NCBI GenBank assembly: GCA_965242525.1
Contig: OZ251459.1
Location: 2,880,001 to 2,944,000, forward strand
Source: an uncultured Candidatus Binatia bacterium
Lineage (GTDB): Bacteria > Desulfobacterota > Binatia > UBA9968 > JAJDTQ01
DNA: 64,000 nucleotides
Direction of reading: 5' to 3'
A program made the translations under genes and the position numbers. Of this stretch, positions 56,401 through 64,000 are shown in pieces; the first letter of the stretch is position 1, and every line of letters begins with the position of its first letter. Below the pieces are notes generated by a model. It was not told the origin of the DNA, ran no database searches, and saw only the letters and a list, made by a program, of their open reading frames with translations.

Positions 56401-57646
56401 ATCTGGACAATTCCAACTGGTCCATGATTTCGCGGACGCTTTCATCGGGGTGCAGTACGTCGAACGGGAAGCAGAACAGGTCCAGCCGTTGGCCGGGCAC
56501 CCTGTCGTTGAACTCGTAGCGCAGAGGCGAATCGAAGTCGGGCGTCCGCGGGTATAGCAACGCCACCTTGGCGCAGCCGAACTTCCTGCCGTAGCCGTAT
56601 AGCTGGTAAACGTCCCCCTGGCTGATGCCGTGCTTCGGGTCCCGGGCGTTGCCGTCGATCTTCTTCCACTTGGCGTCGAGCACGAAGCGGACTTCGCCGG
56701 ATCGAACGAGGGCGATGTCGGGCTTCATGTGGAAGGCGTCCGCCCCGTCGATGCGGGTGAACGCTCTCTGCGGCCCCTGTGTCCTGACTCGGTAGTCACG
56801 CTGGTAGCGCCGGAAGCCGTCGGCCACGTAGTCCTCGAAGACCTCCTCCATGGGGAACAGCAGCGCCTGGTTCACGTGCTTGCCGGAGAACGTGGCCAAG
56901 CCGTGGTTGAACAGGAACAGGCCCACCCAAGCCATCACCGCGTCGTAATGGCGCATGGACCGGTCGATCCAGTGGCGTTCCCAGTCCACCTCCGGCCGCT
57001 CCGACCGGGGCACCTCGGAAAAGCAGATGCGAAGCTGGTGGAGTAGCTGCTGGTTGTCGGGGTGGGTGATCGACCGGAGCTTGTGGATGGCGCTGTGGAT
57101 CAGCCGGTTGACGGGGCGGTCTGCGGTGAACTCGTCGAAGGCGACGTAGAAGCGGGCGCGGTTCGCGACATTCCGGCGAATATGCTCCCGGAACCGGATG
57201 CGCCCCCGGAGCCGAAGAAGGTTGTCCTCCACGCTGCTGTAGTGGCGAGCGAGTCCGCGCTGCGTGAGCAGCACCAGATTGGTCAGGAACAGCCTGACGA
57301 ACACATCGAGCATGTTGAAATGGCGGAGGGCGGAGATGGCGGTCTCGTTGAATTGTGCGGTGCGGAGGCCCCGGTAGGTGCGAAGCATCTCGAGAAACGC
57401 CTTCCGGGTGAGCCCCTCGTCGTCATCGACGAAATCCACCTTCGGCAAGATCTCGATCACCGTGCCGCGCCGGGTCTGGATGACGCCCACGTAGTTCCGG
57501 GTGTGGAGTCGCCCGTTCTCGAGGGCCAGCACGGGGCGGTAATTGCCCTGCCGGTCCGTCTGGTTGGCCAGCGCGAAGTCCTTGAGGTCCGCGTACTCCG
57601 TCTCGTCGAGACCTGAAAGGCGTTCGTGTTCCCTGAAGACGCGCAC
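56399..57646 (-). CDS. mcrC: McrC family restriction nuclease subunit
   Basis: NYVGVI, EILPKV, FPMEEVFEDYV, MKPDI...LDAKWK, DVYQLYGY; GTG start next to the mcrB stop. Confidence 0.85.
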   Translation of the reverse strand: MRVFREHERLSGLDETEYADLKDFALANQTDRQGNYRPVLALENGRLHTRNYVGVIQTRRGTVIEILPKVDFVDDDEGLTRKAFLEMLRTYRGLRTAQFNETAISALRHFNMLDVFVRLFLTNLVLLTQRGLARHYSSVEDNLLRLRGRIRFREHIRRNVANRARFYVAFDEFTADRPVNRLIHSAIHKLRSITHPDNQQLLHQLRICFSEVPRSERPEVDWERHWIDRSMRHYDAVMAWVGLFLFNHGLATFSGKHVNQALLFPMEEVFEDYVADGFRRYQRDYRVRTQGPQRAFTRIDGADAFHMKPDIALVRSGEVRFVLDAKWKKIDGNARDPKHGISQGDVYQLYGYGRKFGCAKVALLYPRTPDFDSPLRYEFNDRVPGQRLDLFCFPFDVLHPDESVREIMDQLELSR

Positions 57647-57647
57647 G

Positions 57648-59774
57648 CTAATCCGGCTCTTCGGCTCGTTTGCCGAGGTAGATTTGCCGGTAACTTTCGG
57701 CTTGCTTCCACTTCTCGTCGCTTTGTGCAAGCAACTCGAACATGGGCCGCTCAGGAGAGGCGTCCTGAATCGGGGTCTCGACCTCGCGTCTGCACACGAA
57801 CGGGTTGTCGCCCAACACGAACTGGATCTTCGCCCAATCGTCGTAGAAGTATTCCTGCAGCAGCGGCACGATGCGGCGCTGGAACACTTCTGCGAGACCG
57901 TCGATCCCGCCGATGGCCTTTACCCCGATGAGGTAGGTATGGCCGATCTGGTGCTCTCGGTCCAGGCATGCCGTGATGCGCTCGTTCATGGCCTTCAACA
58001 TGGCTTGGCCGTCAACACCCTCGATGTTCGTTTCGACGAAGCTCACGTCCGGCATCTTCTCGATGAAGTCGAAACGCCGCCGCAGGGCCGTATCCAGGAG
58101 CGCGATGCCCCTGTCCGCGGTGTTCATGGTCCCGACGAGGTACAGGTTGCCCGGAACGCTGAATGAGTCCTGAGAATAGGGGAGCGTGACCACAGCCTCA
58201 TCTTCGCCGCCTGACCGTTTGGACGGCTCGATCAGGGTGATGAGCTCTCCGAATATCTTGGCGATGTTGCCGCGGTTGATCTCGTCGATGATGAGGACGT
58301 GCCGTTTGCCCGGATGCTCGCGGGCGTGGGAGGAGATCCGTTTGAAGACGCCGTAGCGGATTTCATAACGGAGGTCGTTCCCCTCCAGGACCGGCCCGAT
58401 TCCCTCCATGAAGTCCTCGTAGGCGTAGTTCTGATGGAACGTGACGAACTCGACCCGCTCTTCCTTCCCGAGTTCCATGAAACGCGACTTGACGGCCCGC
58501 CTGTCCTTCGCTTGAGCCAGGTCCTCGGGAGCCTTGCCGTCCATGATCGCCACGGCATGGGAAACCGCCTCCCACGTCTTGCCGGTGCCCGGAGGGCCGA
58601 ACAGGATGGTGTTCAAGGGGAACGACACGCTGGACTCCTCGACCCGTAGGTCGACACCCTCGGACGAGGCGTCGGACTCAGGCTGTGGTTCAACGCCGTG
58701 GTCGCCGGTCCACCGATCAATCAAATCGAAGGTATCCTCGTAGGCGTCGGCATTGCGGAATGCTGATTTCGTTGACTCTCCGGCTCTGCTGAATCCTATT
58801 CGCAGCCCTGTCTCGACAGGAGTAGTCGTCTTGTTTATCCAGTGGACGTAGATGACTGCTTCCTTGGTCCAACCGCGGGGAGCGTATTGGTTCTCCTCCA
58901 CTACACCTATGGCTCGCCCTTCCCGCATTCCGGTACGAACCAGAATGATGTCGCCGCGTTTGGGTTCAGTCAGTGGATACGTTTCCGGGCCGCCTGTGTA
59001 CACGCCGTTGCACTCCTTGAAGGGCCTGGCGTCTTTTGGCAATTCATCGGTCTTTTCCCAGTAATCGATTCCGTCGTTGTAGGCCCTGGTGCTGATTTGG
59101 AAGAAGCTGGTCTCCTTGGTGATAAAGCCCCCTTTTGCTTGGACATAGAGGAAATTATTGATTTCGTAAGGCTCACATCCCGGGAACTTGTGCTTGATGG
59201 CGTCCATCCTGTCAATGTAGCTTTCGTAGTCTGTCACGCCGCCAAGAGGCTTCGATTGAAACAGGACAGACTTGAAATGGTCCGCGGGAAGGAAATAGCC
59301 CGGGTTTACAAGGAACAACGTCTGTGTCAGTTTTGTAACGCCAACTTGAGGAAGAGCCAGAACACCATTGAAGTCATCAGCTTTGATGACGGGTACGGGT
59401 CTCTCACGGATTGGCGCCATATCGCCGAACAGACGCCAGAGCAAATCCGGGTTGAACGACTCTCCATCGTGGAACAAACTCTGGGTGTTCGGCGTTGGCG
59501 TGGGCATGATTGGCCCGGTTTTCTGGAGTTCCGAATCGATCTCGAACACATCATGGACGCTCTCGAAGACAGGCTTGTACTGGTTCGAGGTATTTTTTTG
59601 CGCCAAGAAGTAGAAGAACGACATCGGATCGATGTTCTCATCTCCGTAGTTCAGGAGACTTTTGTTACCTCTCCAGTCCACGGCCTTTGCCCTATCGACC
59701 AAGTAGCCCTTGCCATTCTCGGCGATCTTGCCGGCCAACTCCTCGAACCAGGCTACCCAAGTGTAGTCGATCAT
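57648..59774 (-). CDS. mcrB: McrB family AAA+ GTPase with long N-terminal region
   Basis: GPPGTGKT, FVTFHQNYAYEDF, IIDEINRGN, GTMNTADR, PLLQEYFY. Confidence 0.88.
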   Translation of the reverse strand: MIDYTWVAWFEELAGKIAENGKGYLVDRAKAVDWRGNKSLLNYGDENIDPMSFFYFLAQKNTSNQYKPVFESVHDVFEIDSELQKTGPIMPTPTPNTQSLFHDGESFNPDLLWRLFGDMAPIRERPVPVIKADDFNGVLALPQVGVTKLTQTLFLVNPGYFLPADHFKSVLFQSKPLGGVTDYESYIDRMDAIKHKFPGCEPYEINNFLYVQAKGGFITKETSFFQISTRAYNDGIDYWEKTDELPKDARPFKECNGVYTGGPETYPLTEPKRGDIILVRTGMREGRAIGVVEENQYAPRGWTKEAVIYVHWINKTTTPVETGLRIGFSRAGESTKSAFRNADAYEDTFDLIDRWTGDHGVEPQPESDASSEGVDLRVEESSVSFPLNTILFGPPGTGKTWEAVSHAVAIMDGKAPEDLAQAKDRRAVKSRFMELGKEERVEFVTFHQNYAYEDFMEGIGPVLEGNDLRYEIRYGVFKRISSHAREHPGKRHVLIIDEINRGNIAKIFGELITLIEPSKRSGGEDEAVVTLPYSQDSFSVPGNLYLVGTMNTADRGIALLDTALRRRFDFIEKMPDVSFVETNIEGVDGQAMLKAMNERITACLDREHQIGHTYLIGVKAIGGIDGLAEVFQRRIVPLLQEYFYDDWAKIQFVLGDNPFVCRREVETPIQDASPERPMFELLAQSDEKWKQAESYRQIYLGKRAEEPD

Positions 59775-59812
59775 CGGAACCTCTGGTTTGAGGCGCCTCT
59801 CCCTATCGGAAA

Positions 59813-59857
59813 GCGCGTCCTTCGACTTCGCTTCGCTACGCTCAAGACGAACGGGGG
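59813..59857 (+). repeat. REP core copy with MITE-like left end (ggaacctctggttt, about 59776)
   Basis: gcgcgtccttcgacttcgcttcgctacgctcaagacgaacggggg. Confidence 0.9.
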
Positions 59858-59865
59858 CAATTCCG

Positions 59866-60255
59866 TCAGTGCAGCGACCGGGGTTCGCCGAGGACGAACT
59901 CGGCGATCTGGGCGTCGAAGCGGTCGCCGCCCCGGGTGACCATCTGGTAGGTGCCGTGCATGGATCCGTAGGGGGTGGAGAGGGGGCAGCCGGAGGTGTA
60001 CTCGAAGGACTCTCCTTCCTCGAGCACCGGGGTCTCGCCCACGACGCCGGGGCCCTTGACTTCCTCCACGTGGCCCGTGGCGTCGGTAATGATCCAGTGG
60101 CGGCTCACGAGCTGCACAGCCTCCGAGCCTTCGTTGCTGATCTCCACGGTGTAGAGATAGAACCACCGGTTCTGCTGGGGCATGGAGCGCGTCGGGTCGT
60201 ATTCGGTGGTGACCTCCACCCGCACGCCTCGCGTTACCGTCTTCGAGTTACCCAA
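59866..60255 (-). CDS. apaG: ApaG protein
   Basis: QLVSRHWIITD, GPGVVGETP, FEYTSGCPL.TPYGSMHGTY. Confidence 0.93.
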   Translation of the reverse strand: MGNSKTVTRGVRVEVTTEYDPTRSMPQQNRWFYLYTVEISNEGSEAVQLVSRHWIITDATGHVEEVKGPGVVGETPVLEEGESFEYTSGCPLSTPYGSMHGTYQMVTRGGDRFDAQIAEFVLGEPRSLH

Positions 60256-60273
60256 GACAACCTCCGGGACACG

Positions 60274-61536
60274 TTACGTTGATTCTTCGCCGCACACCGA
60301 GAGTATGGTGAGCGCGTACACCTGGGTTGCGGCAACCAGGTCCGCAACCTTCATGGCGCGGTTGCGCGCCTGGCTGATGGTTTCCTTCTGGCGGGGCGGT
60401 CCGTAGCAGACCGCGGGGATCCCCACTTCGTTGAACACGTTCATGTCCCGCCACATGCTCATCTCCGCGGCAGGGGGCGCCGGGGGCTCGGCGCCCATGA
60501 CGTCCCGGTGCGCACGGTCGATGGAGTCGATGAGCACGTCGGCGTTCCGCGCCACGTGCCCCCTTGAATACTGATAGACGGAGACCTCGAAGTCGAAGTC
60601 CAGGGCCGCCACCACCGCCTCGACCTCGCGCCGGATGGCCTGGGGATCGGTCTTGGGCACGATGCGCACGTCGTAGTAGATGTCGCAGTAGCCGGGGCCG
60701 CCGCGAACCCCCGCCACCTGGGCCTTGGGGATCATCGCGCCGCCGGGGAACTCGAAGCGCGCCCGGTCCTCGTAGGCAACGGCCCACTCTTCCAGCGCCG
60801 TCACCGCGCGGGCCATCTTGATATAGGGGTTGGGATGCTCCCGCAGCGACCCGCCCCGTTCCAGCCGCGGCGTGTAGGTCTCGCGCCCCTTGCACCGGAT
60901 CTTGAGCCACACCGCGCCGCATTCCCCGGTGATGATGCCGAACCCGGAGGTCTCCCCCACCAGGCAGTAGTCCGCGGTGACGCCCCTGTCGATCAACCAT
61001 TTCGCGCCGAAACCCTCGCCGGGGAAGTTCACCCCCTGGGTGTCGTCCACCGACGGCTCTCCGGTCTCGAAGGCGACCCCGGTGACGTACAGGTCGCCGC
61101 CAAGCGCCACTCCTGCCTTCACGAGCGCCCGGGCCGCGATCATGAACGCGCAGAGTTGGGCCTTGTCGTTGATGAGGCCCTTGCCGAACAACAGGTCCCC
61201 GTCCGCCCACGCCCCTTCCATGCGAATGTCCGCCTCGGAGGCGTCCGCGGGAAGCTCCGGGCCGGTGTCCATGTGGGCGTTGAGGATGAGGCTCGACCCG
61301 CGGCCCGCGCCCCGGACCACGCCCACCGCGTTGACGCTCTCGTCGGTGATCCACTGGAGCCAGGATTCGATGCCGTTCTGCCCGAGCCATCGCACCACGG
61401 CTTCGCCGAGTGCCTTTTCCCTGGCGTGGGGGGAGGGGAGGTTGCCGAGTTCCAGGCAAAGCCGGACCAGGTCCTGCCGGTCGTCGGCGATGATCTCCTT
61501 GAGCCGCTGCGCCGTATCGCTCATGCCCCTATTCAT
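60274..61536 (-). CDS. M20 family metallo-hydrolase (ArgE/DapE-like)
   Basis: LILNAHMDT, GKGLINDK, GVAFE, LVGE; start at 61536 or 61524. Confidence 0.8.
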   Translation of the reverse strand: MNRGMSDTAQRLKEIIADDRQDLVRLCLELGNLPSPHAREKALGEAVVRWLGQNGIESWLQWITDESVNAVGVVRGAGRGSSLILNAHMDTGPELPADASEADIRMEGAWADGDLLFGKGLINDKAQLCAFMIAARALVKAGVALGGDLYVTGVAFETGEPSVDDTQGVNFPGEGFGAKWLIDRGVTADYCLVGETSGFGIITGECGAVWLKIRCKGRETYTPRLERGGSLREHPNPYIKMARAVTALEEWAVAYEDRARFEFPGGAMIPKAQVAGVRGGPGYCDIYYDVRIVPKTDPQAIRREVEAVVAALDFDFEVSVYQYSRGHVARNADVLIDSIDRAHRDVMGAEPPAPPAAEMSMWRDMNVFNEVGIPAVCYGPPRQKETISQARNRAMKVADLVAATQVYALTILSVCGEEST

Positions 61537-61597
61537 ACTTGAGCCGCGCGCCTGCCGCAAGGAACGGGCGCGTCCGGCGCCTGCGGCGAACGTCCGC

Positions 61598-61972
61598 CTA
61601 GTCCCGGGCCACGGTCAACGTCATGCGGTGGCCGCGGACGACCTTCACCTGGGCGCCCGCGGGTATGGCCGCGGCGCCGGCTTCGGTGCGCGCGCGCCAC
61701 AACTCGCCGCGCACGTAAACGTAGCCGGTGGGGTCGAGATGGTCCCGCGCCACCCCGCGCAGGCCCGCGAGTTGGGCCGCGCCCGAGGGTTCCAGGCGGT
61801 ATGCCTTGCGCAGGAACGGGTAGCAGACCACGTCCTTCACCACCACCAACCCGAGGCCGGTGAGCGCCATCCATGCCGGCAGGCCCAGCCATGAATGGAG
61901 GACCGCCAGCAACGCCGCGGTCAGGAGCCAGCCGGGTATCTGGAAGAGGTAGTAGCGGGCGAGGGTCCGCAC
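61598..61972 (-). CDS. NfeD-like C-terminal domain membrane protein
   Basis: Two TM helices, then LDPTGYVYVRGELWRA...IPAGAQVKV. Confidence 0.75.
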   Translation of the reverse strand: MRTLARYYLFQIPGWLLTAALLAVLHSWLGLPAWMALTGLGLVVVKDVVCYPFLRKAYRLEPSGAAQLAGLRGVARDHLDPTGYVYVRGELWRARTEAGAAAIPAGAQVKVVRGHRMTLTVARD

Positions 61973-61981
61973 CGGCGGCGG

Positions 61982-62962
61982 TTACGTGGTGGCCTGGGCG
62001 AACAGCCGCAGGGTCTCCCCGCGGTCGGCGCCGCCCACGTCGTAAGGGATGATGGCCACCTGCTGCACCGCGCTCCGCCGGAGTTCCTCGACCTTGGCGC
62101 GGCATTCGTCCGGGCCGCCGGCGATGGCGAACTTGTCCACCAGCCAGTCCGGGATCACACGCGCCTGGCTGGCCCGCTGGTCCATGTGCTGGTAGTAGTT
62201 GTAAGCCTGCCGGATGTCGTCCAGGACCTTCTGCTCGCGATGGTCCAGGGAGAAGGGAAGCGGGTGGGCGATGACCCGGGCCACGTGGGCCTTGACCGCG
62301 TCCTTGGCGCCGGGCCGCTCGGAGACCGCGCACGGGACCCACAGCACCAGGTGGATGTCCGAGAGCTTGCGGCCCGCGGACTCGGCCCCGGCCTCGATCC
62401 TGGCCACGGCCTTTTCCAGCGCGCCGGAATCCACCCCCACGAGGATGATCACGCCGTCCGCCACCCGCCCGGAAAGCTCCAGCATCTTCGGCCCGCTGGC
62501 CGCCACGTAGAACGGGATCTTGCGGTTCTGTGAGAAGTTGAGGCGGATGTTGCCGCTTTCCAGCGCGGCCTCGCCCCCCTCGATGACGGCCCGCATCTGC
62601 GCCACCGCCTCCTCGAAGTCCGCCAGCCGCGCCTGTTTCCGGCCCATGGTCTCCAGGGAGCTGTCGCCGAGCCCGATGCCCACCGCGAACCGCCCCGGCG
62701 CCATCTCGTCCAGGGTCGCGTACGCGCTGGCCAACACCGAAGGGTGCCGGGTCACGGGGTTGGTCACGCCGGTGCCGATGACGACCCTGGACGTGTTCAG
62801 GGCCACCGCGGCCATGTTCACGAACGCCTCGCGCCAGATGAGGTGCGAGTCGCCGATCCACACGTGGGTGAACCCCGACTCCTCCGCCTGCTTGCCCAGT
62901 TGGACGATCCGCGGGATGGGCTCCGTCGGGAAAAGTCCGACGCCGTACTGTAGTGAACTCAC
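61982..62962 (-). CDS. LLM-class flavin/F420-dependent oxidoreductase (Mer-like)
   Basis: AEESGF..VWIGDSH, GTGVTNPVTRHP, GIGLGDS, AASGPKML...ADG. Confidence 0.85.
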   Translation of the reverse strand: MSSLQYGVGLFPTEPIPRIVQLGKQAEESGFTHVWIGDSHLIWREAFVNMAAVALNTSRVVIGTGVTNPVTRHPSVLASAYATLDEMAPGRFAVGIGLGDSSLETMGRKQARLADFEEAVAQMRAVIEGGEAALESGNIRLNFSQNRKIPFYVAASGPKMLELSGRVADGVIILVGVDSGALEKAVARIEAGAESAGRKLSDIHLVLWVPCAVSERPGAKDAVKAHVARVIAHPLPFSLDHREQKVLDDIRQAYNYYQHMDQRASQARVIPDWLVDKFAIAGGPDECRAKVEELRRSAVQQVAIIPYDVGGADRGETLRLFAQATT

Positions 62963-63174
62963 CTTTCCTCCTTGTCCCGGCAGAGCGGCGCCCCGATGCG
63001 CGGGCCGCGTCAATGGGGGACCCGCCCACTCGGACGACTCTCGCCGCAGCGGCCTTGCGTTCGCATGGGTCGGGCGTCCGCTTCGGGCAGCTTCGCGCTA
63101 CGCGCGCGGGCTGCTCGCATGGGTCGGGCGAACGTCCGCCGCGCCCGTGTTCCGGAAACCCGGCTACCGGCCCA

Positions 63175-64000
63175 TCAGCCGCGGATCACCGCGCCCCGCT
63201 CCGGCGGCGGCGTCTGCTGGCTCCTGCCCGGCACGGTCAGTTCGCCGTCGATCATCACCACAGAGATGCCCGGCAGGTCCCCCTTGGCGAAGGAGTCCAG
63301 GGCGTCCCCGGACACGGACCCGGTGATGCGGTCCATGATCACGAGGTCCGCGGGCCTTCCCTCGGCGATGACTCCCAGGTCCAGCCCGTGGGCGCGTCCG
63401 GTGTTGCCGGTGGCCATGGCCACCGCCTGTTCCGGCGGGATCCCTCCCAGGGAGGCGAGGAAACAGATCTCCCGCAGGATGCCGCGGGGGACCACTCCGG
63501 TGCCGCCGGGCGTGTCCGTGCCCACCAAGACCCGATGCCGGGCGTCGTGGGCGTTGACGGCCTCGGTCAACTTGAGTCCCATGCGCAGGTTGCCGGAGGT
63601 GCAGATCTCCACGTCGCAGTCGGTCTCGGCCACGATCCGCCGCAGGTCCTCTTCCGGCATGGGGATGGGGCCGCCGGTGCTGTGGCCGATGACGTCCGGG
63701 TCGATGGCCTTCACGATGTCCATGCCCGCCACTTGGCTGACCCCGGACCGGGACACCCCGCCCGAGTGGATCTTGACCTTGATGCCGCGCGCCCGGGACC
63801 ACCTCACGTAACGCTCGGCCTCGCCGTTGGGCAGCAGGCCGTAGTCGTAGAAGATGAACTTGACGAGGCCGATGCCCGCTTCGGCGATGGTGTCGAAGTC
63901 CTTCTCCTCCAGGCCCGGCACCAGCAGCAACGTGCCCCCGTGCACCTTGACCCCCGAAGGCCGGAGGTTGTCCCAGCAGCGCTTGGCCACCACCGCCAGC
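63175..64000 (-). CDS. Amidohydrolase, enamidase-like (partial, 5' end outside window)
   Basis: GVKVHGGT, HSGG.S, HSTGGP, GTDTPGGTG, ATGNT, GDLPGIS...RSQQTPP. Confidence 0.75.
   Translation of the reverse strand, partial: LAVVAKRCWDNLRPSGVKVHGGTLLLVPGLEEKDFDTIAEAGIGLVKFIFYDYGLLPNGEAERYVRWSRARGIKVKIHSGGVSRSGVSQVAGMDIVKAIDPDVIGHSTGGPIPMPEEDLRRIVAETDCDVEICTSGNLRMGLKLTEAVNAHDARHRVLVGTDTPGGTGVVPRGILREICFLASLGGIPPEQAVAMATGNTGRAHGLDLGVIAEGRPADLVIMDRITGSVSGDALDSFAKGDLPGISVVMIDGELTVPGRSQQTPPPERGAVIRG

Overview
GC-rich bacterial chromosome segment. The gene content (Rieske dioxygenase, LLM oxidoreductase, xanthine dehydrogenase-family subunit, PhtD-like protein, NHLP precursor, AAA-ATPase/PD-(D/E)XK paralogs) resembles Binatia/deltaproteobacterial sponge-symbiont genomes; this is inference only. 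Housekeeping genes: a tandem-fused uvrA, prfB (+1 frameshift), ybeY, phoH, alaS, recA, an M23 peptidase, bamD, modABC, ispH, dxs and apaG. Catabolic genes: two acyl-CoA dehydrogenases, enoyl-CoA hydratase, SDR, amidase, ring-hydroxylating dioxygenase, cupin-EutA-Moco cluster and an enamidase-like cluster. Accessory features: (i) two paralogous low-GC lipoprotein genes, one between phage terminase and HNH gene fragments and one split by IS630; (ii) a 1.6-kb tandem duplication of an AAA-ATPase/nuclease gene with one swapped 44-aa segment; (iii) a repeat system of CGTC/dRS3-like palindromes that flank a deleted GIY-YIG nuclease gene and are also inserted in frame in modA, plus a second REP core packaged in IS5-like MITE ends with 4-bp target duplications; (iv) a decaying defence island and mcrBC; (v) an orphan proteusin-type RiPP precursor. 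No rRNA, tRNA or CRISPR array was recognised.
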